This document shows, piece by piece, positions 25,201-39,718 of a DNA stretch of 64,000 bases. Source of the stretch: Auanema rhodensis. Taxonomy: Eukaryota > Animalia > Nematoda. The position numbers and the translations under genes are program-made. Positions within the stretch are counted from its first letter, which is position 1; every line of letters begins with the position of its first letter. Where the stretch lies: assembly GCA_964057225.1 (NCBI GenBank), contig OZ059898.1, forward strand, positions 13,826,001 to 13,890,000, in the 5' to 3' direction. Below the pieces are notes generated by a model, which saw nothing but the letters and a program-made list of their open reading frames with translations, was not told where the DNA came from and did no database searches.

Positions 25201-27420
25201 CAACCATATTTACCTATTATATCCCTTTATATATTATTTTTTCAGTATATTTTAGAAAAGAAAAAAGGGATCATAGACTTCAATAATTCTACTATTTGTT
25301 CGCATATTAAAGTAGATACTACATAAAGAGTTGTAAGTATGTAAACTATGCATCTTGGTATGCATTTGCATGTAAGAAAATAATTTCTTTTATTCTCTTC
25401 AAATATACGGAAGTTTAAAGTAGGTAGGAGATGAGATTGTCTCACTTCTTCTCCCTCTTTTTTCCGTCTCTGTTTCTCTTTCTCTAAATGTATATTCTCT
25501 TTGATACATACATATACCTGCTTTCCTCAATAACATTTTGAGCTCAATTGAAGAATTTGTAAAGAAGCTAAGAACATATGATTTCTTTAGGTCAACGTTT
25601 GTGCTTATTCACAAAAATTTCATAAAATTTTATATTCATTTTATCATTTTAAATTATACAAAATGATGAATGTTAATGTATATTTTGTTGACAACAACAA
25701 CTAATAATTTATTTTCTATTTATAAATATTTTGAGATTGTGTTACCAAAAAAGAAATAATTTAATATCTATAACTTGAAAATATTTAAATTTATCTTAAA
25801 GAAAATTTATTATTTTTAAGTTACATGCAATTACTCTTAAATTCTCATAATTACATGAGAAATTATGATGAATATCTATATACCTTTACTATACAAGAAA
25901 ATATATAGAAAAAAAAAGATAAAAATGTTATGAATATTCGTTTTCTTAAACATTTTCTTCTTCGATGAGAAAAAAATTAATATGAATTAGTGTGCAAAGT
26001 GTGTTCCTGGTGATGTTCAGCTACTCAGAGAAGTAGAGTTAGAAAGTGAAAAAGAGATTAATATATACGCTTATATGTACATAGAGAGAGAGAGAGAGTG
26101 GCTGAAAAAAAAGAAAAAAGAGGTGGAGAATATTAACCTAATCAGGAATATTTATTCTGCCAATCTCATCCAGTTTATTTGAATGACGATACTTCATCCT
26201 TTACTTCCCACAATACTATAAAATATTTATTTTCTCTTAAAGTCTTATTGTTGTCCTTTATTCATTTTTAACCAAATAATAACATCTAGGAACTGCTTAA
26301 GGCGTAGAAAAGCTTAAAATGTTGAAGATAAATCCATTGACGATGTACATATAATTCGTATATGTACATTCTGTTCACATTAAATCTCTCGTCACATTTT
26401 TAAAAATATCAAAAGTGTTTTCAAATATAATTATGTGTTTTGTGAACTTCTTTCTAAAAAAAAAAGAAAAGAAAACGAAACAAAAAAAGTGTTTAGTTAT
26501 TTTCCTGACCTCAGAACATGTTGTTCATGAAATAACCTCTCATTTCTATTTTTTTTTCATTTTTTTTTCAAATTAAATATAGTGTTCGAGTACAAAAAAT
26601 GTTTCGTTACTAAAATTCGATTAGACTTATTCTCTTTGTATGGAATAAACTAAATTTCAGATCACGTTCCGCCCCACATCAGAAGTCATTTTAAAATATA
26701 TTGAGCCTTGAATACTTGGTCTACTTATCTTTCGAGTTAATCAACTGTATTTTCCCATAAGGCTGCTACAAACATCCTCGTCAATTGCCGCTCAAGTGGT
26801 TCGTAGGTTTCAAAAAAATGTTTTATTCCAAACTTCTTTTTTATCAAACAGTATATTGAAACTACTGATTAATCTTCTATAGTATGTAGAAATTTCTTTT
26901 GCTTCAAGCCTACCTGACAATACTCCAAATTTTTTAATTGTTTTTGAACAAATCATTACTAAATATATGTTCTTTAGATAGAAAAACAAGCTATTATTTT
27001 TATATTAAAATCATTGATTAGTTTGCTTTATTTTAGTAACAAAGATGTCTTTTCTTGATATAAAGTAAGAGAAATGATTTAACTCAAAATAGAAAATAGC
27101 TTATTGTTATCAATAGGCTAGCGAAGCTTTAGTTTGATTTTCTCTTGAGTATATTATATATAAATAGACCTTATTATTATTTTCTAATTTATATATATAC
27201 ATATTTCTCTGTGAATCAGGATTTCCTTCTATTCTCTACGGTCTCTGATATACAATGTGTTACACAAATGTAAATGAAATTTCTTAGGATTATATAACAT
27301 CTTGCCCTTCATAAAGTAACTTTTCACATTATTATACATCATATAACATCTTTATAACCGATTAACAACACTCACTCATGTTATTTAAGTTTTCATTTAC
27401 GTTCTTCTTCCAGATGTCTA

Positions 27421-30400
27421 ATGGGTTCCACGGGTGCTTCGGCCACATTCCAGGCGTACGGTCAACTGATCCGTACGCCATCCATTCACCCTCTTATACG
27501 GACTCCGTCCATGCATCCACATCTGTCTGAAAAAAGGAGTCGCCAAGAGAGTCAAGAAGAGAGCGGTGAGTCAGGTTCATTTTAAAGATTATTAAAAAAA
27601 CTATAAATATAGTATTTAAATCATATAGTTATTTTTTGACATAGTGTTATTCGGCTTGCCGTACGATATGCATGTGGTACACGATAACGCATCTATTTTT
27701 TAAATATTCAAAAACTTAATTATTTCAGAAAAGATTTCTGACTAAATAATTATTCTTATTGATATATTTCATAATATCTATCTATCTATATATCAATCTA
27801 TTTATATATAAATATACATATATTGGTATGAATACAAAATATTGACCACTTCTAAACATTTTTTCGACATTTTAATATGAATATATACGACAAAATTCAA
27901 AAAAAATATTTTGTTTATATTTATGTTGGGCGGAGCTTAAGACAACTTGTTGTCTCCCATTCTTGCTGCTCACATCAATAGCCTGAAGACCGAAAAAGGC
28001 AAAGTGCGTAAATCTTTGGACCCTTGAGACCTAACAACAATAGGGGGACACTAATGTGACTAGGAAAGACGAGCGCCTATCGTATTGAGCATTTTCTATG
28101 ATAAAAAGATCGTAAGAATGAAGAGAATTCAGAGAAAAAAAAAGAAAAAAAGAAAGGGAATAGCATGAGAAGAGATGGAGAAAACTGAATTGAGGAGGAT
28201 AGATTGCATGAGAAGCTGAAGCTTTAATATTGCATTGTTTTAAGTATATGAAAGTGGACATATTAAGACAATTATATGATTAGTTAATGATTCCAGCATA
28301 GTTGTAAGAAGATGCATAACTAACCATATGTTATAGTATTTCCTTTGAAAGGGGATTACTCCAACATTCTATTTGAAACACGATTTGACGAATCTAAATG
28401 TTGTTAATAAGAAACAGAACAACATATATCTTACATATATAGTATATCAAATTCAAATCTCATCATATTAAAATATTTTTATTTCTATCCCAAACAAAAC
28501 TTTTTGCAATTATTGTTAATTTTCATCTGATGACATAGATGGATACTGATTTCCTTTGTTGATGATAAATATTTTCCAAATATTGAAATTCAAATTTGAA
28601 AATATTTTAAAAATAGAATATTTTGAATTTTTTTAATCAGTGCTAGTTGGTGTTTATGATATTTTTGATAATAATGAAGTTGATGATTATAACTATAAAA
28701 TATAAATATTATTTTATAATATACAATTAATATTTTATAAATTAAACCAAAATTACATGAAAATGAAAAGAATTTCAATGATTTTTATCATAAAAAAAGA
28801 CTAATAATAGTTTTTATTATAAATGATATTCTGTCGTTATAATTATATTCTATTGAAAAATTTTTATTAGACAGCGTCATTTATAAATTGATGAAAACTC
28901 AGAGTTTTAACTAAAAAAACTCTCTCTCTTTCTCTCTATTTCTCTATCTTTTTTTTTCATAATTGTATCTTTCGTGATCCTAAAAAAGACATTGTCATCT
29001 TGAAGTTAGTATTCAACTTTCTTTGAAATTGAATTGCTTAATTGGACATTCATACTATGAATGTCAGAACATATTCTGTAAGTATTATATTTATGTTCAT
29101 GAACTTAGAAAATAAAAAATATTTTGAATACATTGACACGTATTTTCTATAAATTGCAATGTGAACGTGAACATGAGTTGTTATGCGTTTTAATGACTTT
29201 AATAATTTTTAAATAATCATATCATATCGTGATGTATGATAGTCTCAAAATATTATTTTTTGTTTCTAAATACGATATTAGTTAGCTATGTATGTATGTA
29301 TTTTTTTATGTTTATGATTATATAATTTAAAATTTATAACCATACATCTATAGATATTTTTCTATATTCAAATATCAAAATATATTTTTTCCTTCAATAT
29401 ATTATATATCATTTTGTCTAAAAAATACCAAAAACTATATATATCTTCTCTATAAACTATTTTAGAATTAATTTCTCAATAATTCGTCATGATTCATTTG
29501 AGTCTGTGGATAGATGTAGCCCCGCCTATGCGGGTGCCACTTGACAGATCCACATTCTCATATTCATCACACATAACCCAACTTAAGCAAAATTTAAAAT
29601 ATTATGATTCACTAAGTAGGGTTTCAATTTTTTTTCACAATTCAATTCTATGTTTTTCTCTTATTTTCCTTTAAGTTAACGAGCTTTTATTGCCGTTTTT
29701 CTTGTTATAATTGCAACATCACTTGTGCTAATCCCTCCATTGATAATGCATCTTCAGCCTCTTCCGTATTACTTTTTTTAAGTTCCTAAGAAGACCTCAG
29801 CTTTTATTTTTTTTCAAAGTGCAAATCAGAATTCAAGAAACGAAGAGTATAATTCTTACTTATGATGATAGTTGCCCTACTAACACTCGTTGGCACTATT
29901 GCTCCCCAGTGGCTGGACATCCGGACATCTGAAATTAGGCCAGGACATCTCCGGAAATCTGGCTCCTAGACCCAGACTCTCCCTAGAAAAAAATTGTAGA
30001 TAAACTAACTATTAGAATATGTATTGTTATTTTCTCAACTTTCGCACAAAGTTTTTACAACAAATCTCCGAAATCAAATTAATGAGCTGGAACAAAAGAG
30101 CCCAAAATTTGATTGTCGGTGCATAAATTTAGTATTGTTTTGGTTTTTTTCGATAATCTATGCCTCAGCAACAATAGATAGCTAGTGCTGATAGTAAGCT
30201 TATTTATTGGGTTAGTAAAGGAGACAAATCGTGCCATAATAAAAATTTGAACATCGGGCTTGTCACAAGCCTATCTTACACTTCAATTTGAGGTTCAGCT
30301 TTTTTAACTTTAAATAAGAACATATCGAAAGCCAGATTGTCTCCCACGCGGCCGCATATTTTATCATTTATGTCACAAATTTCTGTTTTTCTTGAGTTTC

Positions 30401-33400
30401 ATGTTGTGCTCAGCTTTTCGCTGCTTCTTGGTTCATTCCATTTCTCATATTTCGTGTTCTGTTCATACATTTTTTCTTGAAAAAAAGAATAAAACAACAA
30501 TCAACAAAGTGAGCTGCGTTTTAGAAATTAATATTTTTGTATTCCTCCTCCCAGAACTGGAAAAGTTTTCAAACGGAAGGAAGTTGAATGTGCTATTGCA
30601 CATAACGGAGACAAGCTTACAATTTTCAAGTTTTGGGGTACAGTATTGCATATTTAAAAATATTTTTCCTCTCTTGTGACCAATTTTCAAGCAATCCAAT
30701 CGGTAGGCATGCTTATCCTCTCACTCATCTTGGTTCCACCCCGTTCATAACCATTTCATATTCATCTTTTTACATATTCTCTTCTCTTGCTTGCCTTAGT
30801 TTCTGAAATAGGTAATTGTTTCTTCAATTTGTGAGAGTTATTCCTCAGGACTCGACGCTCAGAATTCAATTGATGTCCATTTGACTAGAAAGCTTTTCAC
30901 ACTTGTCTTAGAAGATAGATAATTCTTCTCGACCTTTCCTTCATTCTTTTCTTTTCTTTACTTCATGGTCCACTTACAATCACATGGATTATGGATTTAG
31001 TAGTTAAAATCATAAAGGTCCTAATACTAATTTATCGAAATGATTGTGAAGCCTTAAATGTATAGCTCTACCACTGAAGAACGCAATTCGTAAGACTCGT
31101 GTTTTTCCTTTTTCCTAATGGCTTTTTAAATTGTTCTTCTTTTTGTCTCTCACTGCTATTTTTCCATTTTTTTTGTATAATCCCTGTATTTTTACTATTA
31201 CTTTGCATTTCTTTCTAATCTTTGCCAAAAACGAAGTCATTTTTTTCTGTTTCTAATGACTTTTATTCGATATTTTTTCAAATTTATAAATTTAACTTAT
31301 TGTTAAATCTTTCAACAATTCGAAAAAAATCTTGCTAACTACCAGTTGTATATTTAATATGTTAGAATAGCATCGTATATTCTTCTGTTACCAACATAAA
31401 CTGATCGATCATTTGTACATACAAATCGAAATGAAAAAGGCCATTAAAGAGTTGGTGGCATAAATAATTGAGAAAGAAACCAACAACAGACTTTAGAAAG
31501 CCTTTTTGTTAAAGCTTCATCTTCATTCAATATTTTTCTTCTGCAATTTTTTTCTTCTTTCTTAAAATGCTTTTTACAGTCTAAACAATGCTTTACCTTC
31601 TGCAATTCATAATAAATCTTTGAAGTTTGCAAATTAGTTAGGATAATGCTGTTACAAGCTTTAAAATCTATTTCGAGCATTCTTGCAGTTTATTTAGCTA
31701 TATATTCGATTTTTATAATTGTAGTTTTCATTATTAAAAAGAGAAAAGTTTGCTGAAATGTTGCAAGACGGAGAAGCTAACTCCAAATTCTAAACATACT
31801 TCTCAGTTTCGTTATTGAATCCTTCTCTCCTGCTCCTTGTTTATTTTTGTACCATCTTTATGCTGCATATATGCTCTATCTTTTTACTATTTTAATTTCT
31901 TTTAATATTTGAAATATTTCATGAATAAATTACATAAAATCCTCTTAGCTCTCATTAGTTCTTAGCATGTATATATACTCGTATTCGTGTTCAATTATTT
32001 TACTATTGTATCTTCATTTTCATCAATTATGCCGTGAAGACATATATCCTTCAATTGTTTTTCTTCAATATTCAGTATGCTTCTGAATACGTATGTTTGC
32101 TGAGTGGGCCAAGCAGACAAGACAGACATTGCCGGTTGTTCCAGCACCAGCAAATGTCGCTCTTCTGCCTTTATTCGCTAATTACCAACAAAAAAACAGT
32201 GAGTTGAATCAATATAAAGCACAGATTTTTGAAATTATAATATTATTAAACAAAGAAAATGATGAATTAGAATGATGATGCACAGCATAAGCTTACAACT
32301 GTAGTTGTTTAAAATATTTAAAAACATTGAAATTCGACAATGTAAAATCAATTGCAAATTAATTTATAAAGAGAGTTAGTAACACAAATATTTTCTGATG
32401 CTTCTTCATCTCTTATATAAACTAAAATTTATGAATAATTGGTTGGAAAATGTGGTAACGCTAGAGTTTCTGTCTATCCTCCTTTTTTGACATTTCTTAT
32501 TCACTAACAAAGCATATATATATTATATGTATGTATAGCTGCATACTTTTTTGGTGTAGAACAGAAAAAAAAACGAAAAAGAAATAATGGGATGAGAGCT
32601 TGTATGGAATTATCTTCAAGCTTGCATGCATAAAATCTTTATGCCATATCTTTGCTACTAAAATTAAAACATTCGTTTCTTGTCACTTTTTCTCTTTTTT
32701 TTTGCTACACAAAATATATATTTTAGATATCTAGGAACACGCATCTTTGCAATATTGTTTTCTATCTGTGTTGTAAACACAAACATTTTACGACGAGAAC
32801 GATATAGAGAAACAGAGATGAATTTCATATTTTTTTGACAAAATGCTTAAAAATGCTGTACACACATATACAAGTTCATGCACCTTTTCTCTATTCTATC
32901 TATTCTCTCTATTCTATTTTTTTCATCTTTAATATAGTTTTTAGTTTTTCATTAGATCTACTATTCATACATTTTTTTCATTTTATTCAAAATATTATAT
33001 TATATTAACTATAAGTATTTTGAAAATTGAGTTTCTTTAAGTGTAAAATTTTGAAACCTAATCATTGCTGCTCTTCTTTCTCTCAACATTTATAATGTGT
33101 TCCCGATTTCTGTTATAATGAGGTGTGAAGCGAGAAAGATCATCATCCCCAATCTCAATTGTTCTTCACATCTATCTTCTTTTTCGAAAATGTGCAATAC
33201 AAAGAGTTCGAACTGATGAAGAAGGATGATCAGTGGAAGCATTAATCAACTAATTATTAGGCAATTGAACTCTCATTGTTTCACAAAATTTATGGTAAAC
33301 ATAAATATACATAAGTAAAAGATTTTATCTTTTATTTAATCAATTGTTTTTGTATTTATCATAACTATCAACTATGATTTTATCTTTTTGTTCTTTAATT

Positions 33401-36400
33401 AATTAGTAACATTAATCGTAGAATTGTTATACAACAAAACATGTCACTTGATTGTGTAAAATTTACAAAACAAAGTTTTGAAATAAAACCAATAAAACTT
33501 GGAAGTTTTATATATTATCTGTTAAAACTAATGATTAGTTGCTGATCGAAAATAAGTTGTAAGAAGTTATAACTTGAAGATTCTTTATAGATATTTTCAA
33601 TTTTATCACTTGAAACTGATAGAAGCTCAGATATATAATTTTAAATAATACAATAAGCTAATGATTCTGCTAATTTGATTCGATGTTTGATCAAAAGAGT
33701 GAGAAATCGAATAAAGGAGAAGCTTCATCTTTGAAATTTCTGATAAATTACTGATCGTTATGCTAAATTAGTTAGGACATTTTATTGATATGATAGAACT
33801 ATTAGCTCAATCATTTTCATCATCACATATCTCTTCCTCCTACTCCTCTCTCTTCTTCGACTGGCTACTGCTGAGAAAATTCTGGGAGGTGGCTTTATCT
33901 CGGGAGTAACACACACCTGGTCGCCCCGTCGTTTGCCGGCACCCTTGTGTCTGTTCTTCTTAAGCACTGAATATTCTTCGAAACGTTTCCTTGTTTAACA
34001 AGAAATTCTATAAACCTCATTATTCTAGTACTATTATATATATATATATATATTCCATATAATAGTGAACTAATTTCTATTTCAAGTACTGCTACCAACT
34101 ATACTCCTGAGTAGCTACTTCATATAACTTTAGGTTTGACTCTGACAGGCTCACAGCCTGCCCCGTAAAGCTCAAACAAAGTTTTCTCATATTATATTCT
34201 AGCTCTATCTGCATCAGATTCAAACTGACGAGGAAAGGCTAAGCCGGATCTCATCTGTTAACGATGGGATCAACGGCGGCGGCCTATTCTTTTCGTCGTT
34301 TGACGCTACATAACCTATACGGCCAACAAGGTCCTGGCGGTAGACGGAAAAGTTCCAGTGTAGCTACAAGTACTTATCCTGATGTTTATCGGCCATCTAT
34401 TAGCTCTCAGACAGATTTCCCGGTATTCCCTTTAAGTTATTATTATCGTCGACCACCCAGCCGACCTCCCAGTCGGCCACCAAGTCGTCCTCCATCCTTA
34501 CATTCCTCTCGTTTATCACGAAAGAACACCGCTATATCTGACATAGGTAAGATTTTATTTTATAATAATCATGTTCTTTCTTCACCTCACACAAACTTAT
34601 ATTTTGAGGTTTCGTATTTTGAAATAACTTTTTATTTTCTCCACACATTTTTCATTTCCTCATTCCAAAGTTTTTATATTGAACCCATAAGATTATAATT
34701 AAAAAATCAATAATATTTACACATTCTTGAGTTCTTTTCATATTTTCTATATCGTGGTTTCAACTGATGACCAAGCAATAGCCAAGCAGCTGTATGATGT
34801 TGGAACGCTACGTTCTTCCGACTTCAATTGTTTGTTATGGGACTGAAGTCAAAATCTCAGAAATGAATTTATTTTGCTTTTAAAACGTTTTTGTTAGAAA
34901 AATCGATCATTATTTTTCTTTTATTTCAGTCACAAATTATAGCAGCTAAGTATTCATAGTGCCAGGTTCATAATATCCGTTTTTGCAATTTCACAACACA
35001 TTTTAGTGCCTGAAATCGAAATATTTGGATAGTTTGATACAATAACATACACTCAATCATCTCATCATATCAATCTTTCTTTTTCTCTCATAATTTTTTA
35101 AAATGACATCTAAAATTATGAATAAAGTGAAGAGACGTCAAGGCGTGAAGAGCAACAGTTGGTTAATGCTGTCACTTCTTTTGATTGAAAGATCATCAAA
35201 AGAAGGAAACGATCTGATTACCCTTTCTACTACTATATATATCCTTTTTAAAATATTCAAATTTTTTATATTTTTAACGAGATAGCTTTTGATTTTTTAT
35301 TTGAAAAATAAATTTGAGTAGTTTTTTATTCAAATATTCTACAGATTATACTTCAATTTCTTTTGAGCGACGATCACAAAGAAAAAGTGACATGTGAAAA
35401 AGACATTCAACATTTTGTAATCAAATCCCCCTCTAGTCCCCCCCTAGTCTTCCCCCCCTCCTATACCAAACCATTTTTAATATGCAAACATGGCGAACGG
35501 TTGTTTTTTTTTGTTTTCCCTTTTTGTTTGTTTTTGCAATAATAGTTCACTCAAAAGTTTTTGAAATTTAAATAAGTTTTCTCGAATAATACATCTTATT
35601 TTTATTTATTTAAATATTCAATTTTGAGGTTAGGTCACTTAAGAAACTCAAATATATGTATATCTTAAAGAAAAAATCTAGAATATTATCCTAATTTTAA
35701 ACAAAAGAAAGCTAGTAAGGAATTGGAAAATGGAGAGTTGGAAATGCATCTTCATATGGCTTCTTGCACATGAGTGGAAAATTCATCAAAAAGGTTTTTA
35801 AAGAGAGTGTGAGACAGGGATAATGGTGGGAAGATCATATTTCCCTGAACGACGTCCGTCCTTCTTCTCCTGATTCATATCCTCTACAATCAGGCTGTGA
35901 AGGTCTGAATTTGAAAAAGATGCTGTCGACTCCTATTTCGTGCCATCCTTGAAGTCTTCGATCGATCAGCTACAGATTTTTTTCATCTGTACTAGCTGCT
36001 GTATAATAACATATACTAGTCAAATTTCACTTAATTATTCTGGTCTCAGCTAGCTTACCATCATTGTTATCATTACATTGAGCTAATATGGGCACATTAG
36101 GTGTAGGCAACTTTTTCCAAGCTGTACAAAAGCCTACACTTCGCTTACCATTTAGTGATTTAGCATTTTTATCTTCACTTCCTGATGAGTACTTACCAAA
36201 AGAAGTTCGAGGTTAGCTTGTATTCATAAGGATACTGTAATACTATGTATATTTTACGCAAAATATCTATATAGTTTAAATACTATAATAAATGACAATA
36301 ATTAATGTTGTATAGATCATGAACTAATAGTTTAGTTTTTACAGATAATATTGGGCGTGTAAAATGGGATGAATATCGACGAGATGGTGGAGGAGGAATA

Positions 36401-38446
36401 GCCGATGATACTATTGAAGAACCAAATGTTCCTCATGTTCCATTTTGGAAAAAGATAGTCAAAGTAAGCAATAAGTGAAAATGTGTTATTTTTAAAACAA
36501 ATATTCATTATAGTGGCTGAAAATCCTTCTTCCTCATGTTGGATTAAATGTACTGTTATTAACATATATAACTATTGGAGCATTAATATTTATGTGGTTA
36601 GAAGCTGATCATGAATTACAATCTCGACATGTATGAAGCTTATTATCATTTTCAAATATTATATTCTTTATTTCCAGAAAAAACTTTCAACTGTTCATGA
36701 TATGTATAATAAGATTATTAATGAATCAGCAGTTATTTGCTCTGAATCAAAAAAATATAATAAAAGCGAAGTTTGCATATAATTTATTTCAAAAGTAGTA
36801 AAATTCTATTTAAGATCGGTAAAAGACTTATACCATTATTGAATCTTTTATCAAATGCTCATGAATATGATGACAAATTTACGGAAAAGTTACAAATGTG
36901 GAAAGATGATCCGAAACAGCTGAAAACTAAGTAAAAATATTTAAAAAAATTTTAACTTAATTACTAAAATTGATTTTAGATGGTCGTTCGCAGCTTCTGT
37001 CCTTTATGCTCTCACAGTTGTCACTTCAACGGGTATGCTTCTGACTATTCTGTTTATGTTTTATCTAACCATACTCACCGCTATCTTTATAAAACTTCAA
37101 CGTAAACCTAATGAATATAACTTATTTCAGGTTATGATCACGTGACACCAACCACAGACCCTGGTCGAATATTCACTGTTTTCTTTGGTCTCATTGGAAT
37201 ACCTTTAATGTTCATAACAGCTGCTGATATAGGAAAATTCCTGTCTGAAATCGTTATAAGGTTTTCCGAACCTCTTTTCTGAGAAAAATCATATTTATTC
37301 AATTCAGGTCATATGCTAAACTATTACAATTATGGAATTTCATAGCATCTTTTGTGGAAAATATTCGAACTCAATTATTCGACGGCGATGTGGATTCCAT
37401 AGACTCTTTGTCAGTTTTATCTCTTTATCTTATCTCACTTTTTAATTCTTTTGGCCTAAATAGTTAGTGTGATTATTTTCAGAGAATTAAAAAAGCGTCG
37501 AAAACCACGTGAAGATTCAGAAGATGAAAATTCGGAAGATGATGATGAAGATCGACTACAATTACCAATAGCATCATATTTTGCATTAATTGTTGGATAT
37601 TGTTGTATTGGTAGTCTTCTTTTTAATTCTTTTGAAAAAGGACCTATATGGTATTAATCATTTATAATTCTTTAGCAAATTTTCTATTTTCAGGTCTTTC
37701 ATTCATGGAATATTTTTCTCATTCAATACTATTACTACGATTTCTCTCGGAAATATATTAGTGTTGGATCATGCTTACTTAGCTGTAAGATCTTATCAAT
37801 TTTCGATGCTTTTCATATATCTCTGAAAGCTCAATTTAACTCGCTACTTTCAGCTTATCGTTTTCTATGTGATTATTGGTTTGGCTGTGATTACTGCTTC
37901 ATTGGACTTATGCTCATCTACACTTAAGGTTAGTTTTAGAGAATATATTTTGAATATTTGATGCATATATTTTCTTATATATTATAATCTTATATTTTGT
38001 TCAGAGAACATTTACGAAATTGCACTATTTCGGCCGAAAAATTCGTGGAGCTCGGCGTGGTTTTGCCAATATGAGTGATGATATACGAGAAGCAATGAGA
38101 ATCATTGCTGCTCTCAAAAAGACAAGGTCAGATATAATTGAAATTTACAAAAACTTGACAGCATATTATCGGATTTACAGACCTAGTAAAGATCGAATTA
38201 CTTTGGAAGATTTGAAGCGATTCTTAGAAGTTCAAGAACATCTGCTTCGGCAGCCATACGTTCCATGTAATGTACATCTCATGCGATGGATCGAAGACAA
38301 TGTAATCATATTGAAAATTAAAAAAATGAATTATTTCTTTATAGTATGCTCAATACCTAGATGATATTTCGATTGGAAAAGGACCTATGAGCCCAGCTCC
38401 GCTATCTCACAAAGTATCAACAAGCGATCCTATGCTCTTCTTTTAA
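27421..38446 (+). CDS. Two-pore domain (TWK/K2P) potassium channel family protein with alternative first exons
   Basis: Core exons 36345-38446: TM1 LKILLPHVGLNVLLLTYITIGALIF; P1 WSFAASVLYALTVVTSTGYDHVTP; TM2 GRIFTVFFGLIGIPLMFITAADIGKFLSE; TM3; P2 FFSFNTITTISLGN; TM4 YVIIGLAV; KLHYFGRKI. Candidate first exons 27421-27565, 29489-29615, 32093-32198, 34264-34546 and 36088-36211. Confidence 0.88.
29880..31760 (-). mobile_element. Degraded Helitron-like (Rep region) remnant
   Basis: Frameshifted minus-strand pieces resemble Helitron Rep motifs (H..GP, GKVEKNY ~ GKCSKxYP, NTVPQN ~ VVPYN, AAW...GFDM). GC-rich ggacatc repeats at ~29915-29960. Confidence 0.3.
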
Positions 38447-39718
38447 TATTTTTTGTCACTGTTCTAGGCTTGTTTATATGTTAGAAATTTATTTTCTTTC
38501 CTACTAGTTAGGATAATATCTCTTGCATAGAAGCTAGTTTCATTCAAAATTACAAGAATGACGCAAAAACCATTTCCGGGCCAACTAATATATAATGCTA
38601 ACGACGTTCTGCAACACTATAATCATCATCATTGTCATCATTCAGCATTATCATATTTTAACAAACAATTTCCGAAACAATAAATCCCCAATTTCTGTTT
38701 CTCAATCCTACTATTAGATATTTAGGTTTTTTGCAGAAGTTTCTCTCTCCTTTTCACTCGTTTCGAATCATGATCTCCAGAAATCTTTCACGTGTCTTTA
38801 CGTGTGCTTATATTCATGACCATTTAATCTGATCCGGTGGAAATCAATAGCCAACACATCATCAGAACATTGTTTTTCTTTTATTTTTCTTCCATTACCA
38901 CACAGTTTTGACAATTTAAAAAATTAAAATAAGTAATATCTTGTTTTTTCCAAAACAAAATAATACTATCTTTAGTTACGATTAGAACAGAAAAAAAGAT
39001 TAATTTTCTTAATTAATTCTGTCTTCCATATGCCAATATCTTTCGAATGTTCTTCAAAATCTTTCCATGTATTGTTCTAGGGAAGAAACACGTTTCAGCT
39101 CAATATGTGATATTTTCAGCTCTCAGAATTCAACTTTTCACAATTTAAATTTTATTTTATTTTATGAAAATCAAAGAAATTTTTTTTTTCAAACAGTGAA
39201 ACGTTAAGAACTTGAAATGGTTGTTCATTTTTGAGTAAATTCATACATTTTTTTTGGTTTTCTTCTCTCTTCATATTTGAAAAATAGCAGATCCTTTCCA
39301 TTCTCAACTGAGCATCAAAACCTTTACTTATAATTATAAATGAATGATCCAGAGGTCTTTAGTTCCCAAACAAATGTGAAATGATAACTATTTTTCTTGA
39401 AATATCATCTTTTAATGTACAATAGTTTTTCTGTGTTTAGGAAAATTATAAAGAATATATATTTATATATATTTATTTATTTAATTTTTAATTTTTATTC
39501 AAAATACATGTATACTAGCGATTCTTACAGTATATCTCTTTCTTGAAATTTCAAATAGCTAAGATAAAAATGTAACGGAAACTCTTAAATATGAATATGA
39601 AGAGATATAGAACCTTCAGGTCCAGCTGACACATATTAGAAAATATTAAATTTCATTATTAATTTTATTAGTATTATTATAGTTATTAATGCAATTCTAA
39701 GCAGAACGCTCTAGATTC

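Noticed and set aside
29058-29085. A sixth TWK first exon (MNVRTYS|gtaagt)
   Set aside because: It ends in phase 0, incompatible with the common phase-1 acceptor at 36345.
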